IMG/VR virus record: IMGVR_UViG_3300031720_000004
Location: 1 to 52,877 of that record
Length of the DNA: 52,877 nt
Strand: one strand, 5' to 3'
Origin: a virus
Lineage: Duplodnaviria > Caudoviricetes
Shown: piece after piece, positions 43,636 through 51,959 of the stretch
Numbering within the stretch: position 1 is the stretch's first letter
Layout of the letters: the number at the start of each line of letters is the position of its first letter
Notes under the pieces: generated by a model
Seen by the model: the letters and a program-made list of their open reading frames with translations, nothing else
Databases searched by the model: none
Told to the model about the DNA's origin: nothing
Made by a program: the position numbers and the translations under genes

Positions 43636-43943
43636 CAGCCCTCCTCCCGGTCGAACCCATGCTCGTAGGCGTCCTGCTTGACCGCGTCCGCGCGGGCGTC
43701 GTCGTCCAGGCTGCCGTTGGTGTAGTCAACGCCGCGGCGCACCGTCTGCTCGATGCCTCCATCGGTGTGCCAGATGCGCGTCGTCACGCTGCATGGGCCG
43801 TAGATGTACGCGCTCGGCCCCGTGCGCGAGTAGTCACGAATTCGGTCGCCCTCTGCAACCGGGTGCACGAACACAGAGCAGATGCCGTTCCGCTCCTTCT
43901 GAATCGCCTCGACCGCGTCCTCGTATGTGGCGTAGTTCTTCAT
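43632..43943 (-). CDS. Hypothetical protein
   Basis: GGGAGGT SD and an upstream -10-like box. Confidence 0.65.
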   Translation of the reverse strand: MKNYATYEDAVEAIQKERNGICSVFVHPVAEGDRIRDYSRTGPSAYIYGPCSVTTRIWHTDGGIEQTVRRGVDYTNGSLDDDARADAVKQDAYEHGFDREEGW

Positions 43944-43971
43944 GACGTACCTCCCGAGTTTGATACCCCGA

Positions 43972-43981
43972 ACTATAGCGT
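43972..43981 (-). promoter_or_regulatory. Putative -10 element (CGCTATAGT)
   Basis: TATAGT about 30 nt upstream of ATG 43943. Confidence 0.55.
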
Positions 43982-44017
43982 ACCCGCGCGCCTAGCGGGG
44001 AGCCAGTTCCGACTTTC

Positions 44018-44464
44018 TTACCGCCGTAGAAGCTCCTTTTCGATCTCAGGCCAGCTCGAAGGTCGCCATAGCCGGTAGGCCCCGCTCGGCTCCAGACGCC
44101 TGGCCCATTCCTCCTGCCCCGGCCCGTACCCGCCCAGCTCGGTCTTGAACTCTACGATCAGCAGCTGTCCCAGCCATCGCTCCTTCGTGATCTCCCCTGC
44201 GAAACTCATGCCGTCGCCCGTCATCCACGCGTCCGTGACTGTCGCGGCCAGTATCTCGCGCCCGGTTGTGCGCGCGAACACGTAGTCGGGGAAGCCAACC
44301 ATGCCGCCGAGCGGAGTCTTGAAGCCCCGCGGTGTCCACACGGGCCGCGTGTGATGCCACCACCAGCCCGCCATCCCAGCCAGCTGAAGTGTCTTGTCTA
44401 CAAGTTCCTGCTCCGACATGCGCCGCAGCGCCTTCTCCGGCTCCGTCAGTTTGACGCCGCGCAT
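44018..44464 (-). CDS. VRR-NUC domain nuclease
   Basis: MSEQEL...GFPDYVF...IVEFKTELG...Q..W...WRPS.W. Confidence 0.85.
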   Translation of the reverse strand: MRGVKLTEPEKALRRMSEQELVDKTLQLAGMAGWWWHHTRPVWTPRGFKTPLGGMVGFPDYVFARTTGREILAATVTDAWMTGDGMSFAGEITKERWLGQLLIVEFKTELGGYGPGQEEWARRLEPSGAYRLWRPSSWPEIEKELLRR

Positions 44465-44886
44465 CAGCGCCAGTCTACTTGCGCCTGCGGACACGTCGTG
44501 TCGTTGCAGACCTCCGGCTCTCGGTTTGCGTGACGATGCCACAGCCGCGTCTGTGCGCGGCCCCAGCGCCGCTGCCACTCTGCGTCCGACTCGCCGGGCC
44601 GATCCTTCAACCGCATGGGACTGCGCCCGCGCACATGTTCCAGTCCGATGAGCGAGCCACCTACACGCTTGAATGGCATGTGCTTGCGCCAATAGCCCGC
44701 GCCGTGTGCGTGGCAGACTTCGTGCGTCGTCCGCCGCCCGCAATACAGACAGCGGTTGTAGCAAATGATGAGGACAGCCTTAACTTTCGCGGGTCGTTTT
44801 CGCCTTCTATTGACTGGAGGTCGTTGGCCCCTTCGCACGGCTCGCCCAGCGGCCTCCATCTCAGTGGTCGAAGAAGAAGACTTCAT
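44464..44886 (-). CDS. Cys-rich basic hypothetical protein (start uncertain)
   Basis: CLYCGR...CHAH; the stop abuts the VRR-NUC start. Confidence 0.45.
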   Translation of the reverse strand: MKSSSSTTEMEAAGRAVRRGQRPPVNRRRKRPAKVKAVLIICYNRCLYCGRRTTHEVCHAHGAGYWRKHMPFKRVGGSLIGLEHVRGRSPMRLKDRPGESDAEWQRRWGRAQTRLWHRHANREPEVCNDTTCPQAQVDWR

Positions 44887-45226
44887 GCTCTCCCTCCAGG
44901 CGCTCCCATTTGATGCACGCAGGCCACTTGAGCCGGATGTCCGTCGCGGAGCCGTGTGTGTTGTGTACCAGCTTGCACTTGTAGAACGAGCTGTTGCCGT
45001 TGCCTGTCAACACGCAGTTCTTGCATGTGCCGCAAGAATCCGCCAGGCCGGTACGCAACGCCACGCCTGTCGCCGGGTGCATGCCTTGCTCCAGCATGTG
45101 CCGCTTGCGCTCTGTCATCGCGGCCCCGTAGCTCTGTCCGTCCCTGCGCTTGGGGCTGCGTGACTTGCGCGGCCCGCTGTACTGCTTGACCCAGTCGTCG
45201 ACCGGCGTCGGGACGAAGATGCTCAC
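44861..45226 (-). CDS. Hypothetical zinc-binding protein
   Basis: CGTCKNC...YKC...TDIRLKWPAC. Confidence 0.65.
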   Translation of the reverse strand: MSIFVPTPVDDWVKQYSGPRKSRSPKRRDGQSYGAAMTERKRHMLEQGMHPATGVALRTGLADSCGTCKNCVLTGNGNSSFYKCKLVHNTHGSATDIRLKWPACIKWERLEGEHEVFFFDH

Positions 45227-45390
45227 GGCTGCATCACGCCTGTCTCAACAGCCAGGTCGGCCCACTTGGTGAAGTCCTTGTCGATCCAGTCCGAGAACAC
45301 CTTGGCCGTCAGGAACGCGGACTCCTCGAACGTCATCATCAACAGGATGGCCCAGCAGACTTCCTCCGCCGCGGCCCGGCGCTGCGCCAC
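45223..45390 (-). CDS. Small hypothetical protein
   Basis: GTG at 45390; the stop is coupled to the next gene. Confidence 0.45.
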   Translation of the reverse strand: MAQRRAAAEEVCWAILLMMTFEESAFLTAKVFSDWIDKDFTKWADLAVETGVMQP

Positions 45391-45401
45391 CTTGCGGCGA
45401 C

Positions 45402-45836
45402 TTACGCGACCTTGATCAGCCTGCACTGCTTCTCGTCGAACGTCCATCCTGTCTCCTCCGCCTTCACGATGAAGACTCTGATGCCTTCGTACGGTGCGCC
45501 GTCCGTGCGTGTGCCCGCGATTGTGTTCACGAGCCGTCCCATCGCCGCCCAGCGCAGCTTGTGCGCCAGTCCGCCCTCGTCCAGATGCCGGTCGATTGTG
45601 TTGTGGCACTGGCGACACAGTTTGGTTGTCAGCTCGGCGCTGTTGGCCCACGGCCCCAAGCAGAAGCCCGAGCCGGGTCGCCCGAACAGGTGTGCCCACT
45701 CCAGCCCGTACCGCTCGCCGCAGCCGTCGCACTGGTATGCCGGTACGCGCGCCAACACGCGGCCCCACACGAACGTACGGATGCGGTCGTTCTCCAGCCC
45801 GCGCCGCCCCTTCTGCCGTATCGGTGTGTGTCTCAC
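45402..45836 (-). CDS. HNH / NinG-like nuclease
   Basis: CDGCG...WAHLFGR...LCRQCH. Confidence 0.65.
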   Translation of the reverse strand: MRHTPIRQKGRRGLENDRIRTFVWGRVLARVPAYQCDGCGERYGLEWAHLFGRPGSGFCLGPWANSAELTTKLCRQCHNTIDRHLDEGGLAHKLRWAAMGRLVNTIAGTRTDGAPYEGIRVFIVKAEETGWTFDEKQCRLIKVA

Positions 45837-46174
45837 TGGAGCGCCTTGATCTTGGTCTCTGACAGCAGCTTGCCGGTATTGAACTCCACACCGACGGCCC
45901 TGTCATCCCACAGCTCGATCATGCCGTAGTCCTTGCGGTCGGTGACGCGCAACGTCCGGCCGATGTGCTCCTGACACCAGGCGTCCAGCGGTACAAGCCC
46001 GGCCTCGTACTCCCGCAACCGCGCCGTCAGGATGCGCACCTCAAAGCCCGCCGCCAGCGCCGCCTTCACGCGAGCCACCATCGCGGGCACGGGCGGGCCG
46101 ATGTGCTCCGGGCTGACCCAGCCGTTGTACTCCGCCAGCGTCCCGTCCAGGTCGACTCCGATCCATCCGCTCAT
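45833..46174 (-). CDS. Small HAD-superfamily hydrolase
   Basis: IGVDLDGTLA...ILTAR...K...WDDRAV. Confidence 0.85.
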   Translation of the reverse strand: MSGWIGVDLDGTLAEYNGWVSPEHIGPPVPAMVARVKAALAAGFEVRILTARLREYEAGLVPLDAWCQEHIGRTLRVTDRKDYGMIELWDDRAVGVEFNTGKLLSETKIKALQ

Positions 46175-46365
46175 CTGTACTCCTTGGGTAAGTCTTGCGT
46201 CGGGTCCCACACAGGGTGGCCCGGCTGCCAACACTGCGTGTGCCACATCTTGGCATCAGCCATGTGGCCGTTGGCGAAGTGGTGCACCACACCGGCCCGG
46301 ACGTGCGGTTCGTTCTGATCCACAGGCTTACCGCAGACTTCACAGGACGGGAGTTTTACACTCAC
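46171..46365 (-). CDS. Small zinc-binding protein
   Basis: CEVCGK...WHTQC. Confidence 0.5.
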   Translation of the reverse strand: MSVKLPSCEVCGKPVDQNEPHVRAGVVHHFANGHMADAKMWHTQCWQPGHPVWDPTQDLPKEYR

Positions 46366-46366
46366 C

Positions 46367-46508
46367 GCTTTCGGCTTTCATGAAAGCGATTGTCAAGGGG
46401 GAGGGATAGTAAGGGAGGGGGGAAAGCAGCCGAAAGCAGCGTCTTCGAACCCGAAAGCAGCGGCGAAAGCAGCGACGCCCCGAAAGCCCACCCGAAAGCC
46501 AGGAAAGT
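46367..46508 (+). repeat. GAAAGC iteron-like array with a palindrome; candidate replication origin
   Basis: Seven direct GAAAGC copies (four as GAAAGCAGC), two inverted copies, and the perfect palindrome GCTTTCATGAAAGC (46374-46387), immediately downstream of the helicase gene. Confidence 0.7.
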
Positions 46509-46519
46509 GAGGACTCTGA

Positions 46520-47875
46520 TCACTCCGACCGACCTACCCGCCCGTCCGGCAGTTTGACCAGAATGCCCTTCTTGATCATGCGATGGATTGCCAAGTGCAG
46601 ACGGTCGCGCCCGCGCTTGTCCTTGTCGTCGATGCCCAGCAGGTCGCGCAACCGCTCCGGGGTGGCCGCGTTGTCTGGCGCCAGGAACAGTGCGTTGAGG
46701 ATGCGCTGGCCTGCGGTCATGCCCGCCGCCAACTCCGGAGCCTCAAGGATGTCCTCGCGCTCGTAGCGGATGCCGCCCTCCTCGCGGTAGCAAGCCAGAC
46801 CCATCGGCTTGAGTAGGCGCGCGTAGTTGCTCTTTATGTTCTTCAGCAGCAACTCCTGCCGGGCCTCCTCGTTCTCCTTCTCGCCCTCCAGGTGGAACAC
46901 CATGCGCGCCAGGTTCATCTTGTACACGGAACCGTAGGGCTTGGCCGCGGTGCCGCCCTGCCGCACATCGTCGCCAGTCTGGTGATCGATCACGATCCAC
47001 GCGCACTGACTCGTCTCGCGTATCGCGCCGAACGCGCGCATGGTACTCTCGGCCTTGTCGCCCTCCGCCGCGGAGTTGCCGAATGCCAGGCCCGCGCTGT
47101 CCACGATGACCAGTCCCACGGAAGCCTTGTCGATGGCGTCCGCGATGCTCTCCAGGTCGTCAGCCAGACGGCGCTTGCACTCGCGATACAGCACGTCCGG
47201 AGCCGGGAACCCGTAGCCCCTACCCAACGCCTTGAACGTGTCCTGCCAACGCCACAGGCTGGCCTCCCAGTCCAGAATGAGGACCGGCGCGCTGTTGGGC
47301 TTCCATCCGCGGAACAGTTCACGGCCCGTCTGGACACTGAACGCGATTGCTGCTGCCAGCGTTGACTTGCCCACGCCGCCTGCGCCGAACAGGATGGTCA
47401 CCAAGCCCTCCGGCAAGATCGGGTCCAGGATGTACTGAAGCGGCTTGCTGGTCTCGCCGTCGCCGTTGGTAGTCGTCACGGGCACACCCAACCGCTCCAG
47501 CCGCAACACCTCGCGGAAGAACAGGTCGATGTGCGCCCGCCAGTCCGTCTCCACCGTCAGGTCTATGCGCCGCTCGTTGAGTGACTTGGCCATGCGGTCG
47601 CGCGCTTGGGACGACATCAGGTTGATGCGGCCCCAGTCCAACACGCCGCCCGGCCCGGCTTTCTTGTACGCCAGCTGATACTCCGCCGTCACCTCGTCAC
47701 GGCTTTCGTGTAGACGGTTGAGCTTGATGATGACGTTGTTCGGGAACGTGCCGATGTACCCCAGCCCGACCTTCTCCACCTGCACGTCCTCAGGGATGGA
47801 GAGTCGGACAACGTTGTCGGCTGCGATACCCCTGTCGATCTTGTCCGTGAGGTTCTCGCGCGGTGCCGTAGCTAT
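46520..47875 (-). CDS. RepA-like SF4 helicase (AAA_25) with C-terminal winged helix, probable ATA start
   Basis: Walker A GAGGVGKS, LILDWE, Walker B LVIVDS, IVIDH, PYGS. AAGGAGG-cttca-ATA overlaps the upstream TAG (ATAG). Confidence 0.85.
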   Translation of the reverse strand: MATAPRENLTDKIDRGIAADNVVRLSIPEDVQVEKVGLGYIGTFPNNVIIKLNRLHESRDEVTAEYQLAYKKAGPGGVLDWGRINLMSSQARDRMAKSLNERRIDLTVETDWRAHIDLFFREVLRLERLGVPVTTTNGDGETSKPLQYILDPILPEGLVTILFGAGGVGKSTLAAAIAFSVQTGRELFRGWKPNSAPVLILDWEASLWRWQDTFKALGRGYGFPAPDVLYRECKRRLADDLESIADAIDKASVGLVIVDSAGLAFGNSAAEGDKAESTMRAFGAIRETSQCAWIVIDHQTGDDVRQGGTAAKPYGSVYKMNLARMVFHLEGEKENEEARQELLLKNIKSNYARLLKPMGLACYREEGGIRYEREDILEAPELAAGMTAGQRILNALFLAPDNAATPERLRDLLGIDDKDKRGRDRLHLAIHRMIKKGILVKLPDGRVGRSE

Positions 47876-48426
47876 TGAAGCCTCCTTCGTGTTTCCAGTT
47901 CTGCCAGCGTCGCCTCGATCCGCCCCGCTTTCCACTTGGTATCCGGCAACCCGCGCAGCGTCTTCAGGTCTTCACGCAATTGCTCTCGCGAGCGCTGCGC
48001 CAGCTTGCTGTGATCGCCGGGGTTGTTCTGTGGGTTCACGTCCAGCAGCGCCGCCTCGCGCGCGTTCGCGCCTCCCCACCAGCCGTACTTGTCCTCGCCC
48101 GCCGCGCCGGACTGCTTCATGTGCGCGTCCATCCAGATCATGGCAGCTGCCGCCCGCGGGCCGGTCTCTCCGAACACAGCCGTGAAGATGGCCGCGACGT
48201 CCTTGATCAGTGCCTTCATCTCCGCCTCCGGGTCGCGCTCTACGACAGGCGGCGTCCATCCTGCGAGGAGGTGATCGACGAAGGTCGGTGCGGGTTCATC
48301 CGCCTCGATCAGTTGCAGACAGTCTGCCCAGCTGATCTTGTGGGCCAGAGCGAGTTCGACTGCCACGCTCCGAACCGAGGTATACTGATCCCGCAAGTTT
48401 CGTTCGTCCTCAATGAACCGCCCCAC
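47872..48426 (-). CDS. Hypothetical protein upstream of the helicase
   Basis: 184-aa ORF; start uncertain. Confidence 0.6.
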   Translation of the reverse strand: MGRFIEDERNLRDQYTSVRSVAVELALAHKISWADCLQLIEADEPAPTFVDHLLAGWTPPVVERDPEAEMKALIKDVAAIFTAVFGETGPRAAAAMIWMDAHMKQSGAAGEDKYGWWGGANAREAALLDVNPQNNPGDHSKLAQRSREQLREDLKTLRGLPDTKWKAGRIEATLAELETRRRLQ

Positions 48427-48476
48427 TCACCACGGGGCGGTTTGTTTTTGACTACACCGCGCGCAATGTTACTCCG

Positions 48477-48767
48477 TCACTTGTGGTGGTATGTTCCGTT
48501 GGGCATCTTCACCCACTTGCGTCGCTTGTTGATTTCCAGCTTCGACGCCGCGGCGTACATCAACGCTGGCAACGCGAACCCTCTGCGGGATGTCCACGCG
48601 AACAGGCACAACAGCACGTCCGCGGCCTCCTCAAAGGACGGCTCCATCAACAGCTCACGCGCCTCTTCCTCAAGGTGGACGAGCACGGCGTCCGCTGTCT
48701 CGTCGGGCATGGTCGTGTCATGCCACTCCTTCATGTCCGCGAACACTTCCTCAGGCGCGACTCTCAC
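48477..48767 (-). CDS. DUF550-like (MazG-fold) dATP/dGTP pyrophosphohydrolase
   Basis: W...T.P...HLEEEAREL...EEAADV...KLEINKRRKW...G.YHHK. Confidence 0.8.
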   Translation of the reverse strand: MRVAPEEVFADMKEWHDTTMPDETADAVLVHLEEEARELLMEPSFEEAADVLLCLFAWTSRRGFALPALMYAAASKLEINKRRKWVKMPNGTYHHK

Positions 48768-50146
48768 TCGTCCTTACCGTCCGCGAGCCTGCGCTTGAAG
48801 GTCGCCTCGCCCTCGTCCCAGCGCGCCACTCCGGCTGTCACCAGCTCGGGGTACATGTAGTCCGGGATCAGCTTCTTGTTGACGATGGTATCCAAGACGC
48901 TGCGTCCGTCCATGCCGCGCTTGTCCAGATAGCCCGCGATGCCCTGCGGGTCCGACGCCCGCCAAGTGGATTTCTTGGGCCGCAGGAACCCCACTTCCAT
49001 ACCGTCGAACACATCCGGCTTGCGGTGCTGGTAGTGCTTCTCCAGAGCTTCCTTGAGCAGCTTCGCGCGCTCCTCTGTGCGTATCCAGTCGCCGACGAGC
49101 TCACGCGCCTGCTCCTTGTCCTCGGGCATGGTCGCGGACACGAGAGTCGCCGCGGCGCAGCGGTAACGCTTGGCGCAGTACTGACAGGACAGCCCGCCGA
49201 CAGGATGGCCGCGCGGCCCTTCGTAGCGCCGTCGGAAGATGTCGATGTTGTCGTTGAACCACTGATCCAGATCGCCCGGCTCGAAGTAAGCAAGCTGGTT
49301 TTCCACGCGACCGGGATGCCACACCATGCCATTGCGCAGCGGCAGGTGGTCGAACTCCACCGCCACACCTTCCAGCGCGCTGTTGATGCGCTTGTCGCGG
49401 AACGCCAGCGCCGCGTAGAACCGGCCCTGGAACGTATGCTCCACCTTGGCCCACTGCGTCTTGTAGTCGCGGATGAGAATGAGCCGGGGCGGGTCGTACG
49501 GGTCGTCTCCGTCCATGCGGTCAATGCGGTCACACGTGCCCGTGAACGTTGCCCATCCGAGGTCGGCTGTCAGCTGGAACTCCAGCGCCGGTTGTCCCTC
49601 CACATGGAGCAGCGTGTCGATGTCCGCCAGGTGGCTCCGTGCATACTGCTCCACCATGTCCGCGGCCTCGCCGAATCTGTCCGGATGCACACCACCGTGG
49701 CGCGCGAACACCTCGATCATGATCTGAGGGATGTCGCTGATGCGACTCTCTTCGCGCGCGGACAGACACTGGCGCAGATACTGGTGGATGGCGTCGTGTA
49801 CCGCGATGCCGTACTCGGCATTGTCGCCGGACGCCCGCTCCACCTCAGTGCACTGCAGGAACCCCTCGACGTAGGAGCGGCGAAAGACGAGCGGGGTGCC
49901 CGACTTAGTTGCAGCGAGCAGGGAGTCCTTGCCCGGCAGGACCAGCAACGGTGCCCGAGGACGGAACTGGCGGGCGGGCAGGGCGGACTGGCTCTGCTTG
50001 GCACGACTCCGCAGCTCACGCCGCGCGCAGCGGTTGGCCTCCTTCCGGGTCGCGTGGGGCTTGTGGTCGCAGGTCCAGACGATGCGCTTCTCCTGGCGGA
50101 TGACAGCGTACCAGCCGTCGCCTACCTTGCGCGCGCCCGGCGTCAT
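48764..50146 (-). CDS. Cas4/RecB-like PD-(D/E)XK exonuclease
   Basis: FLQC...GIAVHDAI...TGTCDRID...IRDYKT...Q..FY...CQYCAKRYRC. Confidence 0.85.
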   Translation of the reverse strand: MTPGARKVGDGWYAVIRQEKRIVWTCDHKPHATRKEANRCARRELRSRAKQSQSALPARQFRPRAPLLVLPGKDSLLAATKSGTPLVFRRSYVEGFLQCTEVERASGDNAEYGIAVHDAIHQYLRQCLSAREESRISDIPQIMIEVFARHGGVHPDRFGEAADMVEQYARSHLADIDTLLHVEGQPALEFQLTADLGWATFTGTCDRIDRMDGDDPYDPPRLILIRDYKTQWAKVEHTFQGRFYAALAFRDKRINSALEGVAVEFDHLPLRNGMVWHPGRVENQLAYFEPGDLDQWFNDNIDIFRRRYEGPRGHPVGGLSCQYCAKRYRCAAATLVSATMPEDKEQARELVGDWIRTEERAKLLKEALEKHYQHRKPDVFDGMEVGFLRPKKSTWRASDPQGIAGYLDKRGMDGRSVLDTIVNKKLIPDYMYPELVTAGVARWDEGEATFKRRLADGKDE

Positions 50147-50316
50147 CGGACCATCGCTCCGAGCACCGTCTTGTCGCGCAAGCGCACGAACGTCACGCGC
50201 TTCTCCAACAGCGCCCGGCAGTCGTGGTTGCGGCAGCGGAACACGTGGATGCCGCGCACAACACCTTGGTCTGTCAGGTCGCCGTCAGGATGCTTGCAGA
50301 CCGGACACTTGGGCAT
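50143..50316 (-). CDS. Small zinc-ribbon protein (not in the ORF track)
   Basis: MPKCPVCKH...FRCRNHDC...MVR*; ATGA overlap with the nuclease gene. Confidence 0.55.
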   Translation of the reverse strand: MPKCPVCKHPDGDLTDQGVVRGIHVFRCRNHDCRALLEKRVTFVRLRDKTVLGAMVR

Positions 50317-50318
50317 CG

Positions 50319-50588
50319 TCACCGAGAGTGGGGCCGGTTCGGGCCTCCGCTCAGGCGCGTACCCGACGCCGTCTGCACGACCGCGGTGGGCTTGAAGACG
50401 CCGACCTTGATGACCTCAACCCAGGGCGAATCGAACCACTCGCCCTTCTGCAGTGCGCCCTTCTCGTCCAGCTTCTCTGGGCGCAGGAACACCTGATCGC
50501 ACGACTCCAGATAGCGCGTGTGCGCTGTGACGATGCCGATGAAGCCGCTTATCTTGTCCTTGGCGCGGTCGCCCAGGTCAGCTGCCAT
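50319..50588 (-). CDS. Phage hypothetical protein
   Basis: LGDRAKDKISGFIGIVTA...YL..C...P...WFD; strong SD. Confidence 0.7.
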   Translation of the reverse strand: MAADLGDRAKDKISGFIGIVTAHTRYLESCDQVFLRPEKLDEKGALQKGEWFDSPWVEVIKVGVFKPTAVVQTASGTRLSGGPNRPHSR

Positions 50589-51945
50589 TGGACTCCTCCT
50601 TGGTTGCGGGCTGGCCCTCAGCCAGATGCTTCACGAACTCCGCAGCGTGGACCGTCAGCTGCGTGAACCGCTTGATCTCCTTCCCGTGCTGCTGGTTGTA
50701 CAGCTCGATGGCTGCGGCGAACTTCGCGTTGACCTCGGCCGGGAATGGATTGGCAACGTCGTCCTCCGGCCCGTCGGGGTCGGTGCGTGTTCCGAACATG
50801 CGCCGCAGATCGGTGACCTCGGAGCGCGTGAGTGTGCGCTCCTGCTCCGCATCCGTCACTGCAGACGCAGGCTCCGCTTGTGGGTTGTCCGACCCCTGCA
50901 ACGGTTGCTGAATGTCCCCATTCGGCTCGGCCTGCGCCTCCGGTGCCGTCAGCCGCTTCTGCGGGTACAAGTCCTTCACGGCGTCGAACTCCAACCCCAG
51001 CGGCTGCTGGTTGATGAGTCTGCGGTACTCCCGCAGCTCGTCCGTCAGGAAGATCTCCTGGATGGGCACTGTCGCGAACCGCTGCCACTCGCTCGGCGTG
51101 GGCAGGATGTCCAGCGTCCAGTGCACTTGTCGTGTCGGCGTGTACGTCGTCGTGGGCTTGCGGATCAGCGTGAACGGAATGCCCGCGGTGCGCCCTGCCG
51201 TGAACGGCTTCATCAAGCGGAAGCCGCTGCGCAGCTGCACGATGGCGTTGTAGGAACCGCTCGCGAGCTGCACACACGCCAGTACTTCGCGTTCGCCGGG
51301 CTTGCCGACCTTCCCGAAGTCCGGGTGCAGTAGGAACGCGCGCAGCACGATGTTGACCTTGCAGCTTGCATCCTCGTCGTGGCCCTCGGCCTGCACCATT
51401 GCCTTCTCGCCGTTCTTGACACCCTCCACCTTGCGGTCGTACTTGGGGCAGTCCTGGCCGAGACAGGGAACCCGCCAGACCTTCTCGCCAGGCATGGGCG
51501 CGGCCTTGCGCTCCGGCCCTTCCAGCAGCTCAGGGATGCCCTTGGCTCGCTGCGCGATGCGGCGCGCCCACTCCTCGTCGTTGGTGTAGGCGTCTGCGGC
51601 CTCATCCGCCGCGCGCCCGTGTCCGAAGCAACGCAGTCCTCTGCGCCGCCAGGCCCGGTTGTTCAGGCTCAGCGTCATCTCGTGGCCGTTCTCATCCACC
51701 GCGTCGTACTCCGTGAGGAGCATCAGCCGGATGGACTTCGGCTCCTTGCCGTACAGCTTGCGGATGTCCTCGGGCACCTCGTCTACGTCCAACACGAAGT
51801 ACTCTGTCTCCGTGGGGTAGCCACCCTCTTCCTTGACCGTCAGGCTCTTCCGGGTGCCGTCCTGCAGTTTCTTGACGCGCGTCCCGAGCCGGATGTTGAA
51901 CGTGCGCGGAATGCGCAACGTGTCTTCAAGTCCTCTGACTGGCAC
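50578..51945 (-). CDS. Gp3-like (phiC31 recombination directionality factor-like) protein
   Basis: MPVRGL...RIPR...IRLG...YPTETEYF...LYGKEPKSI...C.G.G...PC...CP...CK...SYNAI...GIPFTL. Confidence 0.7.
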   Translation of the reverse strand: MPVRGLEDTLRIPRTFNIRLGTRVKKLQDGTRKSLTVKEEGGYPTETEYFVLDVDEVPEDIRKLYGKEPKSIRLMLLTEYDAVDENGHEMTLSLNNRAWRRRGLRCFGHGRAADEAADAYTNDEEWARRIAQRAKGIPELLEGPERKAAPMPGEKVWRVPCLGQDCPKYDRKVEGVKNGEKAMVQAEGHDEDASCKVNIVLRAFLLHPDFGKVGKPGEREVLACVQLASGSYNAIVQLRSGFRLMKPFTAGRTAGIPFTLIRKPTTTYTPTRQVHWTLDILPTPSEWQRFATVPIQEIFLTDELREYRRLINQQPLGLEFDAVKDLYPQKRLTAPEAQAEPNGDIQQPLQGSDNPQAEPASAVTDAEQERTLTRSEVTDLRRMFGTRTDPDGPEDDVANPFPAEVNAKFAAAIELYNQQHGKEIKRFTQLTVHAAEFVKHLAEGQPATKEESNGS

Positions 51946-51959
51946 TCGTACCTCCCTTG

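Noticed and set aside
44160-44275. Roughly 35-aa insertion in the VRR-NUC nuclease as an intein or intron
   Set aside because: It is too short, lacks intein terminal residues and keeps the frame, so it is most likely a loop insertion.
46367-46508. CRISPR array (given the nearby Cas4-like gene)
   Set aside because: The repeats are only 6-10 bp with irregular short spacing, and there are no other cas genes. Solo Cas4-like nucleases are common in phages.
48410-48440. Hairpin CCGCCCC/GGGGCGG over the start of 47872..48426 as a terminator
   Set aside because: The U-tract lies on the plus strand, where no transcript is evident. It may affect translation of the gene but cannot be called.
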